From positions 6,457,489 to 6,521,488 of the forward strand of contig CM119265.1 in assembly GCA_051294375.1 (NCBI GenBank): a stretch of 64,000 nucleotides of DNA. Direction: 5' to 3'. The stretch's first letter is position 1. The number at the start of each line of letters is the position of its first letter. This document shows, piece by piece, positions 24,177-37,200 of the stretch. The notes beneath the pieces are model-generated. The model had not been told where the DNA came from. It did not search any database and worked only from the letters and a program-made list of their open reading frames with translations. The position numbers were made by a program, and so were the translations under genes. Origin of the DNA: Paraspadella gotoi (lineage: Eukaryota; Animalia; Chaetognatha).

Positions 24177-25296
24177 GTCAAATCGTGGAACATTTTTTCG
24201 GCGTCGAATGAAGGCCCGCAATCGACATAATTTGGCTCTCTTTTCTTACTAGGAAAGAGTACTGAACACAATCGTTAGAACCTGAAAATAAAGCATATAA
24301 TAACCGAGTGCGTGTATGCTCCATAACAAAAGTGAATTTAATAAAACAAAATTCATAATTCTTATTTATAAACACGAGATTCTTTTTAGAGAAATAACTT
24401 TAAAAAATTTAATCATCAAAACCATATGTAAAGTTTATTCCGATCCACTAAGACTAACAAAGGCACTGCAGTTTAAAAACTGGAAGACGAACCTCACAGG
24501 GCTCTAAATTGAAACAAACAATTACTTCAAAAAAGCTGCATTATCGAAAACCCCGCAACGTGATTAACTGATTTTTGTTACGGAGTAGAATTCATACTTA
24601 AAATAATTTTTTAACTTAACACATAGTTACTTTAAATATATTAGATTTTATAAAAAGAAAAATCTAATGGTTCATAATTAGTAAGATTTCCTAAAGCCTA
24701 AAATTTGACAAAAATGGTAAACGGAGAATAATACAACAGCTCTACTATTCATAATGCATAATAGAAATACCATAAAATATCACAGTCAAAGACAAAAAAG
24801 GAGAGTACACCGTATTATTATAGAATATGAGTAAAAACGACCAAATGCATCGGTAACAATTCGGGTAACAAGTGAAAAAAGGCACCTCATATACAAAAAC
24901 AAGAATCTGAAGTCTATAAGTATGAGTACTACATTGTCAGACCAACCCGAAAATGTTATAGTATTTATGCTGTCGTCTAACACACGTTTCTGCATCGCTT
25001 AAAATAAAATTTCATTGGTTTAATGGAAGACCAAGCACAAATATGAATGAAACCAAGTTTTAAGCACCAACCAAATTGTCACAGATGTAAAATATATTAC
25101 ATATCCCTGAAACAATAACAAGCAAAACTTTAAAAAGATCTGATATACTGAGATCTGCTAATACCAAGAATCCTTAAAGCACCTCAATTGTAAATATACT
25201 ATGTCTATGCCATGCAACGACAGAGATTGAGAAATGGACGCAGGGACTAACTCTCGTGAGTTCCACGACCTCTGATATAAAATGTTAACCCGGTTA

Positions 25297-28200
25297 TTAA
25301 ATCGGTGGTGGTCCATTGGGATGAGATAATGCCGGACGAATTGAATAAGCAAAGTTGTTTTTAGTGACCGTACACGCGTACGCAGGCTCACGACGAGCGT
25401 AGATAAAAAGAAACAAAATAAACGGAATCAAAAGTAAGAACCATTTCAATAAAAACCAACACATTTGACCTCTGCTCGGGGTTTCTTTGTTTTCATTCAC
25501 GGATCTTACGTTCAAATTTTTATCCAATGATTCTTTTTCGCACCATTGTTCTCTATTCGAATCGTTATCGTAGGTTGGAAAAACTATTTTCTCTCTTTTA
25601 AACCAATTAAAAATTGAAAAACCGCTTACTTGGTTGATTTTATTTGAATAGTGACAGCTGGTCCAATCTAATTTTATATGACTTACTTCCAAAAATTTTT
25701 TGTAATAAAAAGCATTGGAAATCCAAACGCAAAATTTATTTCTGAGTGCGTTTCCTGCAGTGTTTTCTTCTGTCTCCCGGCACAACTGGGAATGAACTCC
25801 AGCGTTGATTGAATGACATCCATATAAGAATTCAGAACAATAATTATAGTTCGTCCAATCAAGCGATTTTGAGTGACGTAAGTCAAAAATCTTTTCTGTT
25901 TTTCCATCAGACTTTTTACCATGAAAATTAAAAAAATAATCGAATTTAGAGTATCCTTGTTGTGTTAGCACATCCACATTTGGTAATTCCACGCTGTCTC
26001 TCACAGAATCGGGTTTCGGGTTTTGATTAAATTCACTAACCAGGAGATTTGCATTTTGATGTCTAATAGTATTTTTTATATTTGTAGAAACGCCGTTCCC
26101 TATAAAATCAGTATTTAGAACATGTTCGCTAATTTTTGTTTTCTTGTAACAATTTCCGTAGTGATAGTTAAAAGTAGACCATTCAAGGTGTTTTTCAAAA
26201 TTTTCAACACAACTTTTCGTTTTCATAACTGCCATTTGGTTCAAGTCATCATTTTCCAGTTTACTTTTTAAAGAGACACGAGAAACATTCGAAATCGTTG
26301 CATCATTACCTTCGTCATAGTTTTGAGCGGCATCATGAAAAAAATGCTCAATATTCTTATCTAGAGAATTTCTGCTTCTCATTAAAATGCTATGCTCCTC
26401 AAGATCAGGCATATCGCCATTGTCATATTGGTCCTCCTCGTCGTCCGCAAAATAACCAGAAACCACACCTGCCTTTGCATTAGTAGTTTGACAAGTCGTT
26501 GACACATAGGTTGGGGCAGAGGAATTAACTTTAATCAATAAGATTTCCTTTTCGTCGCCGGACTTAGTATCTATAACTTCAGACGGTGATCCTGAATGCA
26601 TCGCGTCTATTGGTTCATTATGAGTTGAATTCAATTTCGTGTCAAGCAATTCGTTAGTTGATAACTGAGTCATTACGATTTCTTTAATGTCATGCGAGTT
26701 AGAAGGAGAAAGAGAAACATTCAGTCCCAATTTTTTTTCGCTGGCTTCCTGCTCATTAGTCACGTGGGGAACCATAGACGTAATTAAGGAAGTACTGATT
26801 ACCTCAGTAGGTAGTTTCAGATCTTTTGTACCAATGACATCTTCACTAGAAGCAACCACTTCCATTACTTTTGATTTTTCAACGTTCAAACTTTGAATGC
26901 TTGTTGCAACATAATGAACTTTCCCATGAAAATCTTCCTTATCTTGCTCTTTAGCAAATAGATCGGTTTGTTCGTTAGAAAATTGATTATCATTCTCTCT
27001 CTTAATTTTGAAATGATCTTTCTTCTTATTTTCAACCCACGATTGATCATCACTGATCTCAGAGAATCGCTCGTATATTTTAGTTTGGTCAATCTTATAC
27101 CATGAAAGGCCTTCATTTATTTCGGCAGCCAAGCGCTCCTCCTTCTCAGCAATGCGCAGATTACCCTTTTCTGTTTCTTCTGCAGCCAAGCTTAAACGCT
27201 TCTCTTTTTTCTTTGGAGATAAGCTCAGGCTCTCCTTCCCCACAGTAATACGCTGACGCTCCTTTTCTGCCTCCCCCACAGTAATGCGCTGACGCTCCTT
27301 TTCTGCCTCCCCTTCAGTAATGCGCTGACGCTCCTTTTCTGCCTCCCCTTCAGTAATGCGCTGACGCTCCTTTTCTGCCTCCCCTTCAGTAATGCGCTGA
27401 TGCTCTTTTTCTGCCTTCTCTGCAGTAATGCGCTGATGCTCATTTTCTGCCTTCTCTGCAGTAATGCGCAAGTGCTTTTTCTCTTTTTTCTTCACAGATA
27501 AGCTCAGGCTCTCTTTCTCTCTTGTTTTGTGGTGTTTCTGCTCTTTATTCTCTGCAGCAATGTGCAGGCGCTCCTTTTCTGCTTCTGCAACAATGTGCAG
27601 ACAATCCTTTTTTATCTCTGCTGAAGCAATGCGCAAGCATTCCTTTTCTGCCACCTCTGCAGCATTGTCAAAACGCTCCTTTTCTGCAGAATTGCTCAGA
27701 CGCCCTTTTTCTGCCCGATCTGCAGCCAAGCGCAAGCGCTTCTTCTCTTTCTTCTTCACAGATAAGCTCAGGCTCTCTTTCTCTCTCTTCTCGGCTGCCT
27801 TGTAGTGGCTTTGTTCTTTCTCTGCAGTAATGCGCAGACGCTCCTTTTCTGCTTCTTCAGCCGCAATTTGCAGACGCTCCTTTTCTGCTTCTGCTACAAT
27901 GCACAGACGTTCTTTTTCTGCTTCTGCTACAATGCACAGGCGTTCTTTTTCTGCTTCTGCCACAATGCACAGACGTTCCTTTTCTGCTTCCTCTTCTTGC
28001 CGCAATGCGCAGACGCTCCTTTTCTGCTTCCTCTTCTGCCGCAATGCGCAGACGCTCCTTTTCTGCTTCCTCTTCTGCCGCAATGCGCGACGCTCCTTTT
28101 CTTGCTTCTGCCACAATGCGCAGACGCTCTTTTCTGTTCTGCCACAATGCGCAGACGCTCCTTTTCTGCTTCTTCTGCGCAATGCGCAGACGCGCCTTTT

Positions 28201-31200
28201 CTTGCTTTTACCACAATGCGCAGACGCTCCTTTTCTGCTTCCTCTTCTGCCGCAATGCGCAGACGCTCCTTTTCTGCTTCCTCTTCTGCCCAATGCGCAG
28301 ACGCTCCTTTTCTGCTTCCTCTTCTGCCACAATGCGCAGACGCTCCTTTTCTGCTTCTTCGCAATGCGAGACGTCCTTTTCTTCTCTCTGCCGCAATGCG
28401 CAGACGCTCCTTTCTGCTTCTTCTGCAGCAATGTGTCAGACGCTCCTTTTCTGCTTCCTCTTCTGCCGCAATGCGCAGACGCTCCTTTTCTGCTCCTCTT
28501 CTGCCGCAATTCGCAGACGCTCCTTTTCTGCTTCTCTTCTGCCGAATGCGCAGACGCTCCTTTTCTGCTTCCTCTTCTGCCGCAATGCGCAACGCTCCTT
28601 TCTGTTTCTCTTTTGCCGAAATGCGCAGACGCTCCTTTCTGCTTCTGCAGCAATGCGCAGGACGCTCCTTTTCTGCTTCCTTTCTGCGCCAATGCGCAGA
28701 CGCTCCTTTTCTGCTTCCTCTTCTGCCGCAATGCGCAGACGCTCCTTTTCTGCTTCCTCTTCTGCGCGCAATGCGCAGACGCTCCTTTTCTGCTTCTTTC
28801 TGCGCAAATGCGCAGACGCTCCTTTTCTGCTTCTCTTCTGCCGCAATGCGCAGACGCTCCTCTTTCCTCTTCTGCCGCAATGCGCAGACGCTCCTTTCTG
28901 CTTCCTCTTCTGCCGCAATGCGCAGACGCTCCTTTTCTGCTTCCTCTTCTGCCGCAATGCGCAGACGCTCCTTTTTCTGCTTCCTCTTCTGCCCGCAATG
29001 CGCAGACGCTCCTTTTCTGCTTCTCTGCCACAATGCGCAGACGCTCCTTTTCTGCTTCTTCCGCAATGCGCAGACGCTCTTTTCTGCTTTCTTGCCGCAA
29101 TGCGCAGACGCTCCTTTTCTGCTTCTTCCGCAATGCGCAGACGCTCCTTTTCTGCTTCCTCTTCTGCGCAATGCGCAGACGCTCCTTTCTGCTCTTCTGC
29201 CGCAATGCGCAGACGCTCCTTTTCTGCTTCCTCTTCTGCCGCAATGCGCAGACGCTCCTTTTCTGCTCTTCGCGCAATGCGCAGACGCTCCTTTCTGCCT
29301 CTTCTCGCAATGCGCAGACCTCCTTTCTGCTTCCTCTTCTGCCAGCAATGCGCAGACGCTCCTTTTCTGCTTCCTCTTCTGCCGCAATGCGCAGACGCTC
29401 CTTTTCTGCTTCCTCTTCTGCCCGCAATGCCAGACGCTCCTTTTCTGCTTCCTCTTCTCCGCAATGCGCAGACGCTCCTTTCTGCTTCCTCTTCTGCCGC
29501 AATGCGCAGACGCTCCTTTTCTGTTTCTCTTTTGCCGCAATGCGCAGACGCTCCTTTTCTGCTCTTCTTGCCGCAATGCGCAGGCGCTCCTTTTCTGCTT
29601 CTTCCGCAATGCGCAGAGCGCTCCTTTTCTGCTTTCTTCCGCAATGCGCAGACGCTCCTTTCTGCTTCTGCAATGCGGCAGACGCTCCTTTTCTGCTTCT
29701 GCCGCAATGCGCAGAAGCTCCTTTTCTGCTTCCTCTTCTGCCGCAATGCGCAGACGCTCCTTTTCTGCTTCCTCTTCTGCCGCAATGCGCAGACGCTCCT
29801 TTCTGCTTCTCTTCTGCCGCAATGCGCAGACGCTCCTTTTCTGCTTCTTCTGCCACAATGCGCAGACGCTCCTTTTCTGCTTCTTCCGCAATGCGCAGAC
29901 GCTCCTTTTCTGCTTCTTCCGCAATGCGCAGACGCTCCTTTTCTGCTTCTTCCGCAATGCGCAGACGCTCCTTTTCTGCTTCCTCTTTCTGCGCAATGCG
30001 CAGACGCTCCTTTTCTGCTTCCTCTTCTGCCGCAATGCGCAGACGCTCCTTTTCTGCTTCCTCTTCTCCGCAATGCGCAGACGCTCCTTTTCTGCTTCTC
30101 TTCTGCCGCAATGCGCAGACGCTCCTTTTCTGCTTCTCTTCTTGCCGCAATGCGCAGACGCTCCTTTTCTGTTTCTTCTGCCGCAATGCGCAGACGCTCC
30201 TTTTCTGCTTCTTCCGCAATGCAGCGCTCCTTTGCTTCTTCTCGCAATGCGCAGACGCTCCTTTTCTGCTTCTGCCGCAATGCGCAGACGCTCCTTTCTG
30301 CTTCTGCCGCATGCGCGGCTCCTTTTCTGCTCTTTGCCGCAATGCGCAGACGCTCCTTTTCTGGCTTCCTCTTTCGCGCAATGCGCAGACGCTCCTTTTC
30401 TGTTTCTGCTTCTTCTGCCCAATTCGCAGACGCTCCTTTCTGCTTCTTCCGCAATGCGCAGACGCTCCTTTTCTGCTTCCTTCCGCAATGCGCAGACGCT
30501 CCTTTTCTGCTTCTTCCGCAATGCGCAGACGCTCCTTTTCTGCTTCTTCTGCCGCAATGCGCAGACGCTCCTTTTCTGCTTCCTCTTCTGCCGCAATGCG
30601 CAGACGCTTCCTTTTCTGCTTCCTCTTCTGCCGCAATGCGCAGACGCTCTTTTTCTGCTTCCTCTTTCTGCCGCAATGCGCAGACGCTCCTTTTCTGCTT
30701 CCTCTTCTGCCGCAATGCGCAGACGCTCCTTTTCTGCTTCCTCTTCTGCCAGCAATGCGCAGACGCTCCTTTTCTGCTCATCCTCTTCTGCGCACAATGC
30801 GCAGACGCTCCTTTTCTGCTTCCTTTCTGCCGCAATGCGCAGACGCTCCTTTTCTGTTTCTTCTTTTGCCGCAATGCGCAGGCGCTCCTTTTCTGCTTCT
30901 TCCGCAATGCGCAGGCGCTCCTTTTCTGCTTCTTCCGCAATGCGCAGACGCTCCTTTTCTGCTTCTGCAATGCGCAGACGCTCCTTTTCTGCTTCTGCCG
31001 CAATGCGCAGAAGCTCCTTTTCTGCTTCCTCTTCTGCCGCAATGCGCAGCCGCTCCTTTTCTGGCTTCCTCTTTTGCCGCAATGCGCAGACGCTCTTTTC
31101 TGCTTCCTCTTTTTGCCGCAATGCGCAGACCGCTTCTTTTTTGCTTCTGCCGCAATGCGCAGACGCTCCTTTTCTGCTCCTCTCTGCCGCAATGCGCAGA

Positions 31201-34200
31201 CGCTCCTTTTCTGCCTTCTGCCAACAATGCACAGACGCTCCTTTTCTGCTTCTTCAGCCACAATGCGCAGACGCTCCTTTTCTGCTTCCTCTTCAGCCAC
31301 AATGCGCAGACGCTCCTTTTCTGCTTCTGCCGCAATGAGCAAACGCTCTTCTGCCTCCTCTGCAGCCAAACGAAGGCGCTCGTCTTCTTCTTTCTTAGCT
31401 AGCTTTTCTTCAAGAAGCAATTCCATTTCTCGAGTCTGTTTTTCAACTTTTTTCTCAAAAGTTGTAACCCTTTGCTGAACTATAGTAACATTGTTTGAAA
31501 TGCGTTCAACCATTTCAGTTTTCATGGTCGATGTTATCTAAAAAAATAAAAATTAAAAAAAACTTTACAGTTTCATTGATTGTTAAAAAAAATCAATACT
31601 ATTTTACTTGCCTGATAAACAATTTTAATGTAGTGGGTGTAAACGCTTTTAATTTCAATGACCATAGTTTGTAGATCGAGCATTCTCGAAATGTTTGTCT
31701 CAATTCTTTCATACGACTGACACTCCACAATTTCCTCCTTCAAAGACAAAAAGAATAGAAATACAGTAAAATCAATTTAAAATACAACAAAAGAATTGAG
31801 CTACAGAGAAAAAAATTAAGAGTATCACGTGAAAGATACTTAAAAACTGTTTTAAAATCAAACTTAAAAAGATTTTAAGTGTGGTGAATCAATGAGTATG
31901 CAATTTTCGAATTCATGTTATCAAACTCATCAACGTGGGAATAGATTATGTACTTTAGCTAATACTTCTGCTTATGCCTCACTTTATAAAACTAAAATAA
32001 TAAAATATGCTCATAACCTTAAAGCAGAGAGAAAGGAAACTTTCCAAGAAATGGTTTTAAAACAGTTTTTAACATCTTTCATATGGTTTTAAAACAGTTT
32101 TTAACGTCTTTTATATGGTTTTATTCATTTTTTCCCTTTAACTATTACACATTTCCAGCGAGAGGCAATTCTTTTGTCGCATTTGATATAGATCTCACTG
32201 TAGGTAAATGTTTTTCTTATTATAATTATATGTGTATCATATATACATATATATTTATTATATACACTATAAATAATTTTATCTTTACCTCCAAGACGTC
32301 TAGAGAAGTTTCCACGAGTTTTCCAACACCCTCAACTTGATCAGCAATATTTGCTTCAAGCAGAATATTTTGTTGAACAGCCATAATTCGAGTTGTTGTC
32401 TTTCGATTACTAATAACCGTAGTGACTTTTTCAATCTTGATAAATAAATATTTTTTATAAAATTAATAATATTCAGTTCATTTATATGCCATTTCGTTTT
32501 AAAACTTACCGAAGTAAATATCTGTTTGTACTGAGTATTGTACATTTCAAGTTGAGATCTTGTCGTATTTACTTCTTGCAACAACTCGCCCATCTGCTCA
32601 TTAATTATCGTCACATCCGCTTGTAACAAAGTTTGTCCTTCGGTCGAGGTATTTTTTAATACAAGGTCCGATTCTTCAGCAAGGCGTTTTTTCATTTGAG
32701 ACATGGTTTCATCCGTAAGTTTTAGGTAAACTTGATCGAGTGTACGAACCCGTTCATCAACGTTCTGCACTCCTTTTGTCATACCTTTTATAAAAAGACA
32801 TTGAAAAATAATCGGTTCTTATACAAATTTATTACTTATTAATCATCTTCTTCTAATTTAGTCCTGTATGGACGTACAAACCCTAGATTTACCTTTTCCA
32901 AAACTACTGGAATTTTCCTCCCTTTTCGTAATTTTCGCGAAAGTTTCGTAAACAGATTTTTGACCCAAATAGATTTCCCTGACGCTCTCCATCGTTTCTT
33001 GCAATTTTTCGTGTTCGTCGGCCCGAGATCTCGCGACCGTCTTCAAAGTTTTTATCGATTCTAAGAGCGAATCGTATTTTTTCTCCAACGCCGAAGATCT
33101 GTATAAAATCGTAAAAACAAGATCACTTCTCCGAGTATTTAGGCCTTAGGTAGTTCCTTCGTTTCGCGCATCGCTTCCTGCTCAACTATCCCTTTTCCGA
33201 TACGCGCAGAACAAAAATTCATTTTTGTTAGTTTCTCATTGGATCTTCAAAAACGCATATCATATGTGGAGGACGGTTCTTCGACCACAAGTGGCCACGG
33301 TAAAACGCTCGTTTCTTTCTCTCTCTGATAGTGAAAGACTTGACCGAACTCCTTTTCCATAATGAATTTTACTTAACGGACGGATCGACAGTCAAGGCTG
33401 TCATCGTGACTAATAATGCTAAACAGCAGAACGGATTAAAAGATCTGAAGAGACAGCCCCGTCCCTCTTTAACTGCAAAGCGGCCACCGGGCTAAAACCC
33501 CGGACCTTTGGGTTGGGAGGCGAATGACTTGCCTCCCGCACCAATGACCGCTGTGAACGATTGGTGGATTTTGAGTCACCAGAGATCGTAAGGTACACAC
33601 CTCTCAACGAAACGTGAAAAATCGTGCGAAACGACGGAGATATCGCGGATTCGCGTTCGCAATCGCTCGACCATCTCTTTTTCGACGACGGCCAAATCGA
33701 CGGCTCTCTTCCTTTTAGACGCCTCCGTGGCTTCCAGTGGCAACTCCATCGAAGGCGGTAGGGTGGCCTCAATCGCCGCTAACCTACAACGAGAAAGGGA
33801 GAAAAAATGAAGCTTCGTCGAGTATCGATAAAGGTCGTAGGGTAAATATTTGGCTTACTTTTTCTCGAGCTCTTCGATAGAGTCTTGCAACTCTGTTTCA
33901 GCCCGTATTAAGTTTTCTTTTTCAAATTTTTTCCCAACGATTTGGGTCATCACTTGCTCGTACGATTGATTCACCGAAGAAATCTTTTCCCTTTAAAATA
34001 ATCTGTAATGTTTTAGTAACTAAACTACGACAGACCCTGATTTCCCACATCCCGACAAATACCTCACGATTTTAGCTCCTAATTCGCCGGACGAACTTAT
34101 TACGTCCTCGCCGACAGAGGCCATAGACCCTAGTTCGTCGAGCCGTTCCTTTAGATGAAGAGACAAAATCAACGACTCCAGTTCCTCCAAAGTTTCCGCG

Positions 34201-37200
34201 TTCATAGCCTCGGACTGCATCGACATGAGCCATAGTGTTATACTGTCATAGATCCTGTAAAACGAATCATTTTAAAGTAGGCGAATCCTAGATAATAAAC
34301 GAGTTAATCACCGAGTTTCCGGTTTTTATATAGTAAATAGTAATATAAAATATAGTAAAATAGTCTTTTTTTTTCAGTAGAGAAGTCAATGGACCTCAAG
34401 AACTCGACGTGTTGTTCAATTCTCCAGTGAAGTAAATCATGAACCTCACGGATTTTTTCGGAAACCATCCGGAACTCTTCTCGTTTCTCGCGGACGATTC
34501 TCTCAAATTCATTGGTATCCAGCAATTTGTCCAGATTAATGGCTTGACTTTGAAGATTATTTAATCGTGAACTGTAGAGAGAGAGAAAAAATGTAAACAA
34601 ATCTATACTGATACACACATAATTTCTGAGCATTGAACACAACCTTTTAGACCTTTTACCACCTTAATTTCAAGAATACCTGTGTGTTTCAAGAAGATTC
34701 TCCTTTTCTTTGACAAAGACGGTAAACTGTTGATCTTTTTGTTCATGGGTGTCTTTAAGTTCGAGCGGCTTTGCAAGACGTTCAATAAGAAACCAAGAAT
34801 CAAGAATTTCCTTGATGGTCAATTCGTAACTTTTCCGTAGCTCAATCTCCATCTCAAATTTATGCTGACAAGTTTTTAACTCAGTTATAATCCGAAGATG
34901 TTCGCTTTTGCATTCCTATAAAAATTATAATGATGTAGTAAAACGCTATCCAGGAACAAGCAGGCCCCTCAAACCTCAAAATATTCTGGAGCAAGCCCCC
35001 CTCCCAAAGCTTATCACCCTCACAATATTTAAAATACGATTTCGTTCAATTTTTATCAATTTATGACTTTCTTAATCACTAACCATAATTTGCTTTGTGA
35101 TTTCTTCTGCTCCAATTAAGCCAGTTTCTTGCAAAACGAGATTGCCCATTTTTTCCAATTCCATAAACAACCTTGATATTTCTCCAGCTTCGAATTCTCG
35201 AATTATCATGGTTACCTCCTCCACCCTGCTGTCTAAATTCTTCACCTACAAAAGAAAAACGTGGTTCTCTCATTTTTTTTCAACCTAATGTCTAGGGACC
35301 ATCTGACTAAATACAAAATATCTAAATAAGCGGACTTACAATAACATTATGGTAACTCAAATCACCGACGACCACGGTCACTTTCACCGATCCCGTTTTT
35401 ACCACAACGGTTCTGGGGTCGCCTTATGTGACCACACGCAACTCGTTCACTGTTTCGGGTCAATGATCGTTATAAGGTAGCTCTCTCCGCCTTAAATTAC
35501 ATTCGATTAAACCCACGTACCATTTTGTTTCGCTTTGTCTGTTTACAGTCATGTGCAAAAAAATCACGCCACTTTATATCTATCAGACCTTAAATATTAC
35601 TTTAGATATTTATATTTTTTTTAAATTTAAAAAAAAAAAATTTTATTCAAGATATTAAAAATAAATATGAAAAAAATGTAATTATTTAAAATTTCTGATC
35701 TTTTGTAATATATTAAAAATAAACAAAAATTATACTGGATATCTGGATGGTTAGCTGAACAACCGAATTTTCCCAGATCTTTAAAAAATAATTTTAAAAT
35801 TATTAAAAAATATTATAAATAATAAATTAATAATTTTAAAACTTAAATAAAACTTTTTTTTTGTTTTAAAATCTATACTCAATTTTTTTTTAAATTCATT
35901 TTTTATATATTTTTTAAAAATATTTTTTTAAAACATTTGGAAAGTTGTAAAGTGATGCGTTTTTTTTTTTTGCACATGGGTGAACATTTTGATTGTTAAT
36001 AAACTTAATATTAAATAAATATACATAAATACCTTTTCACCAAAATTTTGTTGCCCTCTAATCATCTCCAAAAACTCAGATTTCTTCACTAAAAATCTGT
36101 GATGACGATTAAAAAACGAACTTCTCCTTTCCAATTCAATCGAAATATTTTTTTGCAGAAGCGTGTAACGTTCAACAACCGCCATAATTTTATCGGCCAC
36201 ATCTGGATTACCTTATTTAAGAAAGTTTTATAAATTAATAAAACTTTACAATAAAGGGACTTCAATCTGGGGTGATAAGAAAATACTTGATTAAACTCGT
36301 AATTCTTTAAGTGTAGGACCGGCGATGGCTAATTAATATTATCACAATCTGTATGAAAGAATAGAATTATAAGCAATAATGTTTATAGACAAATACTACG
36401 AGTTTGTCCTACATGTATATTATTTTTAAAACATTTATTAGTTAGAAAACTACTTGGTTTATTTTGTCCTAAAAAATGTTTACATTTCCTAACTGTATTA
36501 TATTCAATTTTAACAGTTAATTTTTAACTGTGATTGTAAAGTTATCTGATGTAAAAATTAAAATAATTTGGTGATAAAAAGTCAGTTTGGTGGTTTGTTA
36601 TAATAAAAAAAATTATCATGTAAAACCTAACTTATTTACTATGGTAATTGTTTTTTTATCAAGAAAGTTATCTTTCAAAATTTTTCTTGAAATTTCCTTG
36701 TAATTTTTATTTTAATAAAATAATAAATTTTTGCTTGTTCTGGTTCGTGATGCATTTACTACAGTATCTTGTTAATAAAAAAAAAGCTAAAAAAAAAAGT
36801 AATCGTTTTAATAGTAAATGAAGAATCAATAGTAAAGTCCTCTTCCAAAGTAAAAATTATGCTTCTTCAGAAATTTACCCTCTGAGGAAAATCTTTATGA
36901 ATAATTGCAAGATTACTTGTTTTACTATATTAGACTAAGATTTTTTATTAAAATTTAAAAATAAATGTAAAAAGTTAATATATTTCACTATGTATTAGAT
37001 TTAATTGTATTCTTTATATGTATAATTGTATATTCTTTTATAGAAACTAAGTTTTTTCGTATTACTCGAGATTGAAGTCCCTGTATATTGAAAAATCAAC
37101 AATGGTACCTTGCACAATTTCTGAATAGATAATTTGAAAGTTAATGATTTCGGGCTCGTATTCTTTTACTTCTTTTTTCAGCATCTCTATTTCTTGAACT

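Noticed and set aside
27805-31478. Three >1100-aa plus-strand ORFs, and frameshifts suggesting a pseudogene or programmed frameshifting
   Set aside because: The repeat unit has no stop in any frame, so antisense ORFs are automatic. The indels fall mostly in homopolymers within the array while the flanking CDS is intact, which fits uncorrected long-read error.
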